Assembly: GCA_025201805.1 (NCBI GenBank)
Contig: MU619303.1
Location: forward strand, 1-64,000
Source: Parasitella parasitica NRRL 2501
Taxonomy: Eukaryota; Fungi; Mucoromycota
Length of the DNA stretch: 64,000 nucleotides
Direction: 5' to 3'
Both the position numbers and the translations under genes were made by a program. A model generated the notes under the pieces. It was not told where the DNA came from and searched no databases. It was given only the letters and a program-made list of their open reading frames with translations. This document shows, one piece after another, positions 1-14,056 of the stretch (its first letter is position 1; every line of letters starts with the position of its first letter).

Positions 1-399
1 TCTAATCACTGGTGCTTATTTTGGACACCTAGTTGCTAAAGCATCACCAGTAGTTAGGATTTTATCACACAAGTTGGCCATGGTGCCAGTTTCTAGATAC
101 GCACTACTGACAAGACATATACTTGTATCCATGATACTAGCTGCAGATACATCATGTACTACAGACTTGTAATGTCTGAAATATTGTATTTATAGAATAA
201 AGAATCTTGTTTTATTGATTGCTAAGACTACTACTATTTATACTAATTTACTTTGCGTAGTAACTAACGATTATTAATGTCAAGGTACCAATTGATACCA
301 AGATGAATGTACCAGAAGTATTCATCTTGTTATCCTCTATAGGTTGGTACTTTGAGACTTGCTACGCCTTTCTACTCGATTCCAGAATGTTACTAATTG

Positions 400-950
400 G
401 GACTCATCCTTGAGGCGCCGACTGTAGCTGGATACACTACAAGACTTGTACAATATGTGCAATGCTATAGATATGCTTATGGCATGCTATTAGACATGCT
501 ACATATACCAATATATGCTAAGATGAATTCCAAGTGATATACACTTAGACATATACTATTAATATAGACTGGATAAGACTATACAAGGAATGATATACGC
601 TTATTATGGATCGATATTAATAATCTTCGCATAGATGATGATTGATCAGGGTACTACCTCGGGTAAAGTCTATCTCCTCACTCAAACAGATTTAAGTTAT
701 CTTGAGTCTGCTGATATGTTGGTTAGCACTGATCTGCCATAATGTAGGTTAGGAGATCATGATAGTGTACTTCAATTAAAGATTGGAGATTGTCCAATGA
801 TGTGTTGTTATACTGGTCGAAACAGGAGAACAAAGTCTTTGTTTCAAATCAGGAAGGTTATCTGTAACACAGATCTGTATGATTGACAAACAATAAGGTA
901 CTGTCAGATCAAAGATCAATAACCTTGTAGTATAATAATATATCGTACCC
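400..950 (-). mobile_element. Possible heavily decayed DIRS-type retrotransposon remnant (RNase H region)
   Basis: No ORF. Minus-strand translation across frameshifts gives fragments resembling DIRS motifs in the expected order (NNTSL ~ DNTTSL, NISADSR ~ NxxADxxSR, EIDF ~ VDLF, TWN ~ PWN). The match is weak. Confidence 0.25.
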
Positions 951-2636
951 TGTTAAGGATATGATGTTGCTTGCAAATTATTCTTATCGATTAGTATCGA
1001 CTAGTATTTTAAATAAGTCCCCAAAAATTTATGTTGTTGTAAAAAGTATAGATAGCAGATGCAAAGTTGAATCTTTAATAAAGTAATCTCAAGTTTTCGT
1101 ATCTCGTTAATTCAACGTTTTATATTATACTTTTCTTATTTCGATCTTGCAGATCTCAACAAGCACAAAGTTAAGATGCTAGTTACGCAGTATTGTCGTA
1201 CATGTTTGCGAGAATAGAACATTTATCCACAGTTTAAGTATGTAAAGGTTCATCTACCTGGCCAGTAGATGAACGAGAGCTTGATACACTTGTCGATTTG
1301 ATAATAAAACCTATACCTTTATCAAGTTGACTTTATTGTTTTTTTATTATAATTTTTTTCCGTGAATCCATATAACAATTTATGCCGATTCCACAATCAG
1401 TTTAATAAAAATATAAACTCCATTATGTAGAAAACATTTTATTCCTTCGTCTTTTAATTTTGCTTTACGCCTTGCAAATAACAAACTGAAAAGCGTTTTT
1501 ACAGCTTTTAAATTAAAATCATAAATGATGCTGTGTTATACAAGTATCACTTCGTTTGCTACTACTTCAATTTTTTTATTTTTTATAATGAAAAAAAAAA
1601 AAAAAAAAATAACGTAAACATGGCTAGAAATACTCTTGAGCGCGGCAATGCTTAATAAAACCATTACATTATTAATGAGAATGCTTATTTTAGTATACAG
1701 GTTATTCAACAAGGAAGAATGGTCGGTCCATTATGAGCATACCATATGGTTACCATCTTATTTCGTCTCAAGAGCTAGCAAAACACATTCTCTCACATAG
1801 GATAACAGTTGAAATTTAGATACAATTGTTAAGTTTACCACGATACATTGTCTTGATGCTTTAGCCAGGTGCTTGCTTAAAAGTGTGATAGAGTACAATT
1901 ATCTAGTATCAAAAAGGTAGAATAATGTACTACGTTAGTATCAAGTCGGCATTTTTAGTTGCTAACATTGCTATCTGGATCATTACTTTATACTATATGA
2001 TATGCGTGTGGGTATTGCTAGACAAATAGTGATTATTGACGGCAATGTAAGGAGGTAAGTTTATGGTGATAAACTCCTTTATGATGATAGATGTGATCAG
2101 AAGTGGCAGATCAATTGTGATGGTAAAACTAGCTGGACTTTTTATTGTAGTAATAATTAAGATTAGAATAAAAAGAACCAGAACCAGAACTAGGTAATTT
2201 TACTACTGTTCCAATATCTGGCAAGAGTTAAACCTATTTATAATAATTGGATTTTTCATGTAAAATGAGACATCATGTAATGTGAATCATGACAAGATTG
2301 CAACTGAGAGCTTTATAAAGGTTGTTTATCTAGACTTCGTGCAACTGCGACACCCATGAGCAGATATACTTTATTAAGTTAAAAAAATCAGGCGTAATAA
2401 AGTATTGCTTGATATAAAGGTGTCTCAACTGTGATTGATTGTACTTTGACCGTTCACAGACGATTTTGTTATCTAGCTTTACACTTTTCTGCTTGGATTT
2501 TAATATGACTTTGGTTTAAACCGTAGAATTCCATTAAATTAGATAATGGTAGAATAATAAAAGGTGCCATTCGTCGCAAAAACGAAAATGATATTTGCTG
2601 GTTATATCAATCAAGACCAGTAACTANNNNNNNNNN

Positions 2637-2680
<44 letters not shown>

Positions 2681-2811
2681 CATCGTTATAGTTTAAACGC
2701 AAAGGTGTCGCAACCAAAAAAAATTGGCTAATTATCCATTCATCAAGAAATATTGGTATATGGCTTCAAGTTGTTACATCTATCACTCATCGTAGGTCAA
2801 CTTCCTTTTGG

Positions 2812-2818
2812 TCACGTG
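2812..2818 (+). promoter_or_regulatory. TCACGTG E-box (bHLH site) ~75 bp upstream of the BPL1 ATG
   Basis: Literal gTCACGTGt at 2811-2819; function is inferred only. Confidence 0.25.
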
Positions 2819-4911
2819 TAGTTTGTTTTTGCGCTTAAATTGCAAGGAGTGCTTTCGCTAGTTAGATCTCTTTTCCCTTCATTTTCTTCTCGATGAACAT
2901 TCTTATTTACAATGATCTCGGGGCATCACCCAACTCAGTAAAGCAAGCATACAATTCTCTGAAAAAAATTTTGGGTCATGTTTACGATATAATTCAAATT
3001 GATCGAAGAGTTTTACAAAGTGAACCCTGGGAGGAAGGTTGCGTTATGCTTGTCATGCCTGGTGGTCGAGATTTGCCATACTGTGAAGCATTGAATGGAG
3101 AACCTAATGCGCGGATAAGAGCATTTGTCCAACAAGGCGGTCGATATTTGGGTTTGTGTGCGGGTGCGTATTATGCTTCAGCGAGCATCGAGTTCGAAAA
3201 AGGTAGGGCGCTGATGGAGATCATCCAACCAAGAGAACTGGGATTTTATCCAGGACTATGTCGAGGTACTATGTATCCTGGATTTGTATATAATAGTGAA
3301 AGCGGAGCCAGATCAGTAGCTGTGAATTTGGACCGAGACATACTATCTCCATACTACGATGGTGACGATGTGCCCGTCGAGATTAATATGTATTATAATG
3401 GAGGAGGTTACTTTGTACTTCCAGAGAAACATGATAATGTGACAGTCTTGTGCCGATACAAAGAGCCTGGTAGCCTGCGTGAAAATACTGGATCTCAACC
3501 TGCAGCAGCAGTTGTGCATTGTAAAGTTGGTCGAGGTCATGCGTTGCTGATTGCGGCACACCCCGAATATGATATATCATCTCAAGACCTTTTACTTGCA
3601 GATGAGGGTGCTGTTGGCCAATCTATGAAAAACATGCTTTGTGATCTGAGCTTGTCTGAAATAGAACGAAAGCGCTTTCTTCATGCCGCATTTGCTTTAA
3701 TCGGTTTAGACGTGGTTCCTGTTGCAGACATCATTGTTCAAGAAAACAAAATACCAAATGTTGCGCCTTTATATTTCTCTGGTCTAACCAAGCAATGCGT
3801 GTTTAAACCCGCGTCCTATTTGCTGCGAAAAGCCGACCCCATAACTCACATCTTGGAGGATAGCCATGATGTATTTCACGTATCTGCACTAGGCGATGCT
3901 CCTAGCGAATGGGTACGTTTATTATCGCTATGTCGAACCCAAGAGCACAAACCTCCCGTGATTGAGCTTGTATATCAAAGTACCATTAATGCAACAGAGC
4001 CCATATACCCACCAAGATTATTAACTCCCCATTTTGACCTGGAAGAATATTTTAAGCAATTGGTAGAAAAGAGAAATTTGGAAGGGGACAGAGGCGGCTG
4101 GCTGTCATTTGGCAATGGTATATTATATTCTGAAATGGTTGCAAGTACACAATCCGTCATAGACAAGTAAGCTATGTAAATTGAGTCTGTGATTTAGTGT
4201 CATTTACAAATCTTTGCAGGAATTCTAGATTTTCTCAAGCATTACCAACTGGTTTTGTATGCTTGGCTGCAAATCAAGTAGCAGGTCGAGGTAGTTGATT
4301 ATCTAATAACAGCGTAAATTATGGTTTTGACTGAATTGGTAATGTAGGAAGAGGCCAAAACTCATGGATGTCTCAAGCTGGGGCACTCCAATTTAGCTTG
4401 GTTGTTCGACACAATGTGAATATTAGACATGCTCCCGCGGTTTTTATTCAATACATTGTAGCCTTGGCTGTGGTAGAAAGTATAAGAAAAAGAGCAGGAT
4501 ATGAAGACATACCATTGCGATTAAAGTGGCCAAACGACATCTATATTAATACAAAGTCTGGCGAATTAAAGGAGGTGGGAGGCCAATTGATAAATTCAAC
4601 AATTGTCGATGATGAGTTTGTGCTAGTGATTAGTAATAACATTTGAATTATGTTGGAGTGTATCCTATATGTAGAAAAAAACTAATATTACTTGCCTTTT
4701 TTTTTTTTAGGTTGTGGCATTAATCTATCCAATGCAGAGTCTATGGTATCCATCAATGATATCATTAAAGACCACAGCCCAGCAGCCTCTGAATTATCAG
4801 CTGAAGGTTTTTTGGCTGGGATACTCGTAAAATTTGAAGTTTACTACAATCAATTCTGTGAAAAGGGTATGGGACAGTGGTTCCTGCACAAGTACTGCCA
4901 GAATTGGTTGC

Positions 4912-6632
4912 ATGAGCAATAAAATTCACTATTTTGTGGAAGATAATCGAGACTCAATTACCACAAAGGACGATATCGAAGCCATAGACTACATCACTGA
5001 TGAAGGGCATGAGTTTCATTTGAAAAACTTAACTGACTTCACAAATTATAAACTTCTTCAACCCACTCCTATTGAGCTTGGCACTGAAGATGAGACTTCA
5101 GAAAAGCGAATGGCGATTAGATACTGCCAAAAAAAAAGCTAAAAAAAAGCCAAAGAGATGAAGGCTGAAGGCAGCACCTACCAAAACTACATAGATGAAC
5201 AAAAAAACACTGTTTTTTGTACCAAGTTCTTCTCGGCTGCCAAATCCCGAAGATTGGTTGGTATTTCTGAACGAACTGCTCAGGGCCAAAATTTTAGTAA
5301 AAAAGTGTAAAAAACAACAATAGATACAATTTAATTCCTTCTTTATTTTTGAAATAGGATAACGTGCAAAGGTTAGACATTTCTACTCTATTTATATTCG
5401 TTGTTGTAAACGGTCTGTCTGTCAGTTACGCCGTAACTGTCATTCAAGTTTTTCTGTATTTGATTTTACATAATCAAGTACGGTATTCTTATATCGATGT
5501 TTCTGACACATTTGAAAATGACATGCATGGACCAGTCCTTACATTGGTCTGTGCGTTCCAAATGTGGTTTGTGGTTCGATTTCTTTTATAAATGCTTCGC
5601 GGTTTCACGGTTAGATATTTAGGTAATTTGTTCATTAGCTTGATTTGGAATCTCTAAGGTAGCTCCGTAAGAGATGACATTCAATTACTTTTTTGTGGGA
5701 ATTTCCATCACTTCAGCACAAAAATATAATATTTGAGTCTGGATGGAACATCTACGATAAGAGGATCAACATTGGTAGCTGCCCTCGCAGCCAACTTCAA
5801 GAGGAACAAAAAAGTCAAATCTTTGAACTGTATGAAGAAACCCCTTTTGCAACGGAAGCTGTCGAAAGTGCAGCCAGAGAGTTGAGAGCTTTAGCTTAAA
5901 GAAAATCGCAGTCAATAACTTCATCTTGCATAAGTGTTGTCTCTTAGTGAGCTTGCCCACCCTTAGCTCGAAATGATATTGGTCGTATCAACACAAGATT
6001 TGAGTGGCCATAGATACGGATTAAATGCGAAACTTCATTTCCATTGATGAATCCATTACGAAGAACAGTCCAAGCTTCAACGACTGTTCCATTATCTCTA
6101 AGAACTATCCCGGCTGTCCATTGGAAATATTTTTGTCTTCGTTATTTACCGCTGTTCAAAGAAATGTAGTATACTAGCTAATTACAGGATGTATTCCAGA
6201 TCGTGCCCTGTTAAATCGTATCTAATGTTTTCGAGTCTCCTCTGTGCCCTGCTGTTTAGTTACCATTGACTCTGCCCACCATTTGCTATTTACCTGTACA
6301 ACAAAAGAGCGGATTTGGCAAGGCATTATCTTTGAATTCTTATGGCCCACTACTTCAATTTCAGATGTCAGAATGGCTCTATTGTTTCCGGATTTCACCC
6401 AGAAGAAAATAGAAGTCTTATTTATCTCCCTTCTTACTCGCCTGATTTAAATCCAATCGAACAGTTTTGGGCAGTTATGAAAAACAAGATTAAAAATAGT
6501 AAGTTTAGTGGCAATCAAGGCCATCATTCAATAATCTCTGAGACGTGTAACCTCGCGCCAAAAAAAAAAGCGCTGAGAAACTGTATCCAGCACACTGTCA
6601 ACGTCTTCCCCAAGTCTTTAAACAAGGAATAA
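4912..6632 (+). mobile_element. Fragmented Tc1/mariner-IS630-like (DDE_3) transposase
   Basis: Collinear pieces: N-terminal MSNKIHYFVEDN...LKNLTDF (4912-5140), HTH-like SQLQEEQK...AVES (5780-5900), and C-terminal DDE motif YLPSYSPDLNPIEQFWAVMKNKIK (6420-6632). Many stops and frameshifts. Confidence 0.65.
6100..6390 (+). mobile_element. LINE 3' (zf-RVT) fragment nested in the Tc1-like element
   Basis: CCLVTIDSAHHLLFTC...IWQGIIFEFLWPT parallels the zf-RVT region of the LINE at 9715-10200 (DSVDHFLFT...VWQNIITAFLWPT). Confidence 0.65.
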
Positions 6633-6647
6633 TTAAAAAAACTGCTC

Positions 6648-9101
6648 CAGACTTTTATTATTTCTGAAAAAAAAATTCAAGTAAAAAGGTTTCTGAGATC
6701 TAACCTTTTATTTCTGATAAAAGCTGACAAGTTTCTAAGAGAGGAGGAATATCTCCCTAAGAAGATTTTAAGCAGGGACAAGAAGTGTTGAATACTATCA
6801 TATTTTTAGATTTTTACTTAAGATTAAAAATGCCCAAGAATAGAGAATTTTTTATGGTCTAATGATATGCGATTATGCTCCAATTATTTTATTTTTGATC
6901 AAACAGTATTTTTAAATGAATACAGTGAAAGTTCTTTATCGAAATTATCCACGTGTACTGCAGATACCTAAAACTGAACAATCATCAACGGGCCGTCATA
7001 ATAATAAATTATTTCAGGTATGTATCCGATATCTAAATATCTTTTCAAAAATCATAACAAATTCAAGCAATTGGCAATCTCTATTTTTATAACTTCGCAT
7101 TACCATTTTATGTTACATCTGTTGAGTTAAATCAGTATATCAATATCAAAGAAAGAATATACTGTCGGGAATCGTTATAACAGACGGGTTGGTGTACAAA
7201 ATGTGTTTGGTATAGCGAGTTATTCCCCATTCAGTATTTGGTACTTTACAGTACAGTGCCTGGAACCTGGAATCTACCAGAAGCTTATTATGAAGCTTAG
7301 CTTTTGTTAGTAGAATTACCCTCAACCTCAATCCTAACCTCTATTCTACTATTTTTCTACATGTTCAGCATTAGAATCACAAAAAAGGAAACTCGAAGAA
7401 AGACATCAGTCATTATTATGAATAACAATGGTAATAGGGCTTCTTTGCCACTAGCAATTAGCAACTTATGAATTATTCACAAATAACAAGGGGTCATTAC
7501 AGCAAAACGTTGTATTCATGAATTATTTTCTTCTGCTTCCAATCCGATGATCCACATCTGTTTTATCATATTATCGTGAAGAAAGGTATCAAAAATACTT
7601 ACTTTGAAGAGCTGTAGAATTGGTATTGGCGTGGTATCACCTCCAGAAAGATATTTTTACAGTTTAAAAGCAAGACCGTAAACTTCGTGAGCCATTTTTT
7701 GATTAATTTTTATAATCAAAAGTGCCCTGAAAACACGAAAAATAGTATCCATTGGTAAAAAACTATATTATATTTGATTTTGGTGCAATTTGATCATGAT
7801 TTTTTTTTCGATGCAAAATGACAGATTTTTTCGATTTTTTCCTTGTATCCACACATCCAAAATCATTGATTATGCATTATTCTCGATTTTGGCCTCAAAA
7901 ATGCAACTTTTTACTATATTATATATTAGAAGAAAATGATCGTAAAAGACCATTCCTTGATCTGAAAGACTGCAAATGCGCTCTAATTAAGCAAAATCTC
8001 GACTTTTCCCTCTTAATCTGTTTTTGAGATTTTTCAGCAAAATTCTTTCCATAGGCATACGGGGATTATGAAAAGTTACCAGCGTGTAAAGCGCCCAAAA
8101 ATACAGCTATTATCATAGACTGACAGCCGTGGTTTGCATAGTACAAGAGGATGATATTTTGCCCCAAAGGAGTAATTTTGTTTTTTTTTATCCAAATCGA
8201 GTTTCTGGAAGAATTTTTCCTTCCTGATTTTGGACAATTTTATTCGCCGCCATCTAAGAAAAATGGTATTTTTTTCAAGAAAGCATTAGCTTTGAAAAGC
8301 CATAGCTTACCCAATTTACTAGAAAAACAATTGAAATTTAGCTTATTTACATGATGAACTTCTTGGCTTTCTAATGGTAGCACTTGCATGTCTGCAACTG
8401 GCCTGACGATCTCACGCTCCGATTTTGTAAAATAATTTTCGGAAAAAAGTAAAAAAAACTCGCTACCTTCATCTGATATCAATTTGAAAAATATAAAAAC
8501 TTGCTCAAAATTATGCAATTATGTAATCAAAAGGTGCCTTATAGTCTAATGCATTTTTTTTAATTACTTTTTTTTTGTGTTTGAGGTTGCTAAAATTGTT
8601 TTCTTACAGTTTGTCTTTTTTCTGACAATAACACACTAAAGTTTACGTAGATAAAAAAAATTGGCGCCTAGAATCTACGATAGAAAAAATGGCACAGGCT
8701 TGAATTGCTGTTCTACCGTACAACTGGATACAGAGAACCCTGCTTGGTACTTTTCTGACAAGACCTTCTACACTAAAATACGCCAGATCAACCGAATGTA
8801 TAAGAAAATGCAGAGAAAAGGAAACTATCTGCCATCAGGATAATACACCCCCATTCATAAAAATCCATCTGTATATGATTTAGTTAGCTTATTTTGCAAC
8901 ACATTCTCTTTGCATTTTCACTATGAATAAAACAAAGCAACTACTCTTTTTCTCTAAAAATGGAAATCCCTACTTTATCTTTTAGTGAGACATTTCTCGT
9001 CTCTCAGAAACTTATTACCAGAAACCCTAATATTTATTATCACAATTACCATGACATTTATCATTTACTTGAATGTTTTTTCAGAAACGATAATAAGACT
9101 G
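6648..9101. mobile_element. Non-autonomous Tc1/mariner-type element (MITE-like), copy 1
   Basis: Imperfect long TIRs: CAGACTTTTATTATTTCTGAAAAAAAAATTCAAGT at the left and ACTTGAATGTTTTTTCAGAAACGATAATAAGACTG+TA at the right. The interior is collinear with 55727-57611, with extra ~665 bp (~6995-7660) and ~200 bp (~8628-8825). Confidence 0.8.
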
Positions 9102-9617
9102 TATTTGATTTTGTAAAAACTGCCAACTGAAAAATTCCAGCCACTCATTTTATCATACTTTATTTACATAGCCCTCCTCATTGCTCTCTTTGTCTGTTCC
9201 ATTCCCGTCATTGAGGACCTCAATCATCTCATGCTTTTGTGCCCTCCTAAACTGCAAATCTGGCGGCACGTTTTTCAAAGATATCTCGTTACTATTACTC
9301 TCTCTAATGCAGATATGCTCCACCACTTGCTCGCTATCCTTCATTGCTCTCCTTCCTTTTCTTCTACCTGAGATGACTCATTACCTCTGTCGCGTTCTAT
9401 TCATTAATCAAATATTTGCAACTACTCTCTTGACAGTCTGGGCAAGCTCATTGGCGCTGGATCTTTGACTGTATTCCTCTTCTTCCCATTCCAGTGATTC
9501 ACCTTGTTACTCGTGCTTTGGAACGTTTCGTAGCTAAATTACAACTAGATTCGTGGAAAACTGGCTTATTTCATTTACTTTCCCCTCCTCGTTTCAAACC
9601 CTACAGTTTTTACTTAA

Positions 9618-12104
9618 TTTTTTTTTTTTGAAGGTTTTTATTACTTGCAATTAACTGTGACAAAATTTAAAAATAAACTAAAACGAAAAAGTGTTCAAAT
9701 ATCTCTGTAGAGGACTACAAGGAGCGGTGGACTTGATCCTCATCGATTGTTTTTTTGATGTTGAGACGGATGGCGCTGAAGATGGAAGATGGGAGAAAGG
9801 GTTGTTGATTGAAAACCAAGCGATAGTGAGCCTTCCAAATGTTAGCTAGCGTAAGCATGACGATGAGATGAGAAGGAGCTTGGGGCTTTTGACTGTAGCG
9901 AATGGAGTAGAAATCGAGGGAGAGGAGGGAGTTTTGTATATCACGTATATCGACTGTAGGCCAAAGGAATGCCGTGATTATATTCTGCCATACCATGGCT
10001 TTGGGCACAGAGGTGAACAGGAAGTGATCAACAGAATCAACAGTGGATGAGCAGGCGATACAAAGTGGAGACAGATGGATGAGAGGAAATAAGCGGTTGA
10101 GGAAGAACTGGTAAGGAGTGCAAGTATTGATGTAACGGTATAGAACATTGCGCTGGACCATTGTCAGGGTAAGGGACCAGAAGAAAGTCCAAGCAGAGGG
10201 ATCAATCGCACTTAGATGTTGTGGAGCAACAACAGATGAAGAGCACGCTTCTCGAAACGATCTAGAGCTGCAACGAGCTGTTGGGGCTTGAGGATCCAGA
10301 TCCACAAGTAGCTGATCAGTAAATGGACGAAATGATACTGCTGTTGAGGAATTGGTAGTTGGCGCGGCAGGATCACAAAGAGGAAGGAAGAATGGTTGGA
10401 TGAGAATTGAGCCTTGTTCGATGTCTGGCATCAGTTGCCGTGGAACTCGCTTCATAGCAATGAGGAATGGGTGGGCGGGGTCTTTCCAATGTAGGAAAAG
10501 CATAGTAGGATGCTTCTGGAAAACATCACCGACAGACAGAGACGCAAATCTCTGGGAAATTTGTAACTGCTGGTGGAGGCGGTGTATAGAATAGTTTGTA
10601 GCGGAAGCTTGAGCCCGGTAGCGTAGTTGATGGATACAAGGTCATAATCACGAGGCAACATATCCATGGATCTGTATAGCATGTCAATGGTGCTAGTCCA
10701 CCGAATTTTTGTAAAGGACCTGCGTGCATTGGGTAGTAGCAAAGGCAGTTGATGGAATTCAGTCTGATGCTGGTAGTTGATGTGCATCCATAACATGGCC
10801 AATAGAGGGTTACTGCTGGGGTTAAACGTTTCTATTTGCAACAATGACTGTATCCACCGGAAGTAGAGAGCAGCAGACTGCAGTTTGACATCGAGTATAC
10901 CGAGGCCACCTTGATGGCGAGGTAATATCCAGTTAGTCCACGGAATGGCAGGAAAAATGCCTTGTTTCAAGAATTGGATAGCGACCGAGGGAATCAGCCG
11001 GAGTTCCTTTTGGGTCAAAGGGGTGACTCGAAGCAAATACCAGCACTTGGAAAACAGTAGTGTGTTGACAACAGTGGCTTTACCAACCACAGATAATGAT
11101 CGACCAGTGTGAACCTGAATGTCTTGCTTAAGTTTTCGGATGAAGGCAGCAACAAAGTTGGTCCTCTGTTGCGTACTTTGTATCAAGGGAAAACCAAGGT
11201 AGATGAGGGGATCAGGATCTTGGATGGTATGCAAATGGTGGATGTTCATATCCTGCAGAGAACGGCTCCAAAATCGACTAGTGTCTCGACCAGAGATAGA
11301 GAAGGCGTCGACTTTGTTGTAATTGAACCGTGCGTTGGAGGCTCGACAAAATAGGTCCATATAATACTTCAGTAGACGAAGGTCCTGGCGATCATGTACA
11401 AAAACCAGAGCATCATCAGCATAGCACAGGACCTTGGTAGTGATCAGAGCCCGTGGCATTGACCGTGCGTTAGACTGCAGTTGATAACCATGGAAGTCTG
11501 GATCCTAAAATATGCTTTATAAGAAGAGTTCAAATGCCAGATCATAGCAGATACAGGAGATGGGGTCGCCTTGTTTGAAGCCACGGAGTTTGCGAACCTC
11601 ATCCGAGAAGAATCCATTAATGTTGATGCGGATACGGTTTAAAGCCATTAGATTGTATATAAATTATACAATACTTGCAGGAAAGCCATACTGGTTGAGC
11701 ACAGCTCGGAAGTAGGATAGGTTGACCCGGTCGTAGGCTTTTTCTTGGTCAAGAAGTAAGCCAATGTCTTTGTCGAGCGAGGCTATCGAGTCAGTTTGTT
11801 CAGCGATTGTCCAGCGGCGCTCGGCATCTTCCATGAGGATTTGGCAGCGCAATCCATTTTCAGCTATATACTTGCCAGGTATAAAGCCAATCTGTTTGGC
11901 ATTAATCAACTTGGGGGACACAGTCATCATGCGTTGATTGAGGACCTTGGTGAAGCATTTATAGTCGCAATTAGCCAGACTAAGGGGGCGGTAGTTGGCC
12001 ATAGCCTTTGAATCACCCTTCTTCTTGAGGAGGGTCATGATGGATTCATTCCAGGAGTCAGGGAAGATGGCATGGTCCAATGCTGCGTTGAATACCTTCA
12101 AAAT
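9618..12104 (-). mobile_element. Non-LTR retrotransposon (LINE) ORF2, RT plus zf-RVT; 5'-truncated and defective
   Basis: NYRPLSLANCDYK, QIGFIPG, LLDQEKAYDRV, QGDPIS, YADD, YLGFPL, GGLGI and a C-terminal zinc-finger region. Internal stops at ~11500-11665 and a frameshift at ~10480. Stop at 9715, then a 3'UTR and A-tail (T-run 9618-9629). Confidence 0.9.
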
Positions 12105-12106
12105 CG

Positions 12107-13485
12107 TATTTGCACAAAATATTTGAGGGCGCCTGCAAAATCTGAAAATAAATTTCACAATTATGATCTAATCAAACTCACAAAAATGACCTAGTCAATG
12201 ATATAAGGACTATAATAAAAAAGCATCATGCTATACGCATGTTGGCATAGCATATCTATATATAAATTTACTGCCTTCTTCACTTGAAATCTATACTATT
12301 TAGTTTTTTGGAGTTACAAAATCATCTCTTTATATTTAATCTATCATGCTTAAAAACCTTCAACGCAACATCACACATGACCATTTTATGGGTTTCATGT
12401 CAGTAAAAGAGATCTGCCAAAATGTCGAATTGCTGATAAAACATTCAGAGACATTCCTGATCGGTTTCGTAGAACTGACACTGTTAAATACCATCCTCGA
12501 GGTGGCCCACGAAATATAAAGGTTCAGTAAATCCACTCTGAATTTTTAAGAAATATAATTGATGAAGAAGGTGAGGGAAAAATTTTGACATTAGAGAGAT
12601 TTCAGTAGAGACTTACCGTATTGACGAGTTCCTAAAATAGTTCCCTTCAAAAGCTGTGTTTGGCCCTCAAAAGAACATCCCCAATGGAGGAAATACAAAC
12701 AACTGAAAGAATAGCAAGAGAACGAAAAGATTACTGTATTGGCCTTTCGCTCAAGAGTATTAATTACATGACAAATTGTATTTTTGTTGATGAAAGTAGA
12801 TTTAACGCTTGTATGGTACCCGGACGTGCAAGATCAGCCAAAGGAAAGAAGGCCCATGTAATCACAAAGACGGAAAGAGGCAAGAACATTTCAATCGTTG
12901 GTGCTATTTCAGCAAAAATGGTTGAATCTTTACAAGCTGTTATGATAAATAGTTTTACAAACAGGTTTATCTTTGCTGAATTTATCACACAGCTGTTGTA
13001 ATGGGTTGATAAAGAATACCCACATCAAGAATTCTATTTTATTATGGATAATGTAAAATTTCACAAAAGTCCTATAATACAGGATCTTTTTAAACACTCA
13101 AAACATTGCTGCCAATTTTGCCACCATATTCACCTATGCTAAATACTATAGAAACTAGCTTCAAAAAATTGAAAAACTTTGTTAGAAGGAGCCCAAAGGA
13201 AAACAAAGAGACTATTTTGGGAGCTCATTAAGGAAGTAGAGAAGAAAATAACGTATCAAGACTGCGAAGGATGGGTCCATCATTGTGTCAATACTGTTAA
13301 TAGAAGTATTGTTGGAGAAAATCTCACATTTGAAAATTAGTGTTAAATTTTATTGAATAAAATGATTTTCTTTATTAAAGTTGTTATTCCTAAATACTGC
13401 CCGTTCGATAAGTACTTTTCGTGAGATTGACTAGGTCATTTTTGTTAGGTTCTCCCAAATATTTTGTGAGATTGATCTGAAAATA
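12107..13485 (+). mobile_element. Tc1/mariner-IS630-like DNA transposon, near full length but frameshifted
   Basis: FVDESRFN, NISIVGAIS, FIMDNVKFHKS and LPPYSPMLN motifs, spread over different frames. Inverted terminal blocks CACAAAATATTTG and CAAAAATGACCTAGTCAAT at ~12113-12199 and ~13426-13468. Confidence 0.85.
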
Positions 13486-13490
13486 CAATA

Positions 13491-14056
13491 TTCTGCCTGG
13501 ACCTTCTTTTGGTCTCTGTCACTTACCAAGATTCAGCGGAATGTTATACCGTATATCGTTTCATTAACAATTGTATCGCTCTTGCACCGGATTTTTCCTA
13601 AGCACCATAGCTCGGACATATGTGTTGTGTGCTCTTCTACCTCAGATACTCTGAATCACTTCCTATTCCTCTGTCCGATATAGTCAAAAGCCCCGGGCAC
13701 CCTTTCATCTCATATTCATGATTACTCTGGCTAACATTTGGAGGGATCGCTATCAGTTTGTCTTTAACCAGAAGGCTCTTGAAGCCGTTGCCGTAATGAA
13801 CAGTATCCGACTCGACATCTCCAAGATGATCGACGAAGATCAAGTTCATGCTTCTTTATAGGCTCTCTATCTGTATCCTGTCTTTTCCTATAGTTTTTAT
13901 TTTATTTTATATTATCCTTTATCCATTTTATGCTTTATTCTTCATATCTTATCCTTCTATTCTTATATAATTGATGATTGCGCCCGCCGCTTGATTACAC
14001 TCAAAACTCTGTGATTTACGCGGAGCAAGTAATAAAAACCTTTGAAAAAAAAAAAT
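13491..14056 (+). mobile_element. LINE 3' fragment (same family as 9618-12104), internally deleted
   Basis: SAWTFFWSLSLT, LANIW and KMIDEDQVHASL* are shared with the first LINE. Ends in GCAAGTAATAAAAACCTTTG(A)n. Confidence 0.85.
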
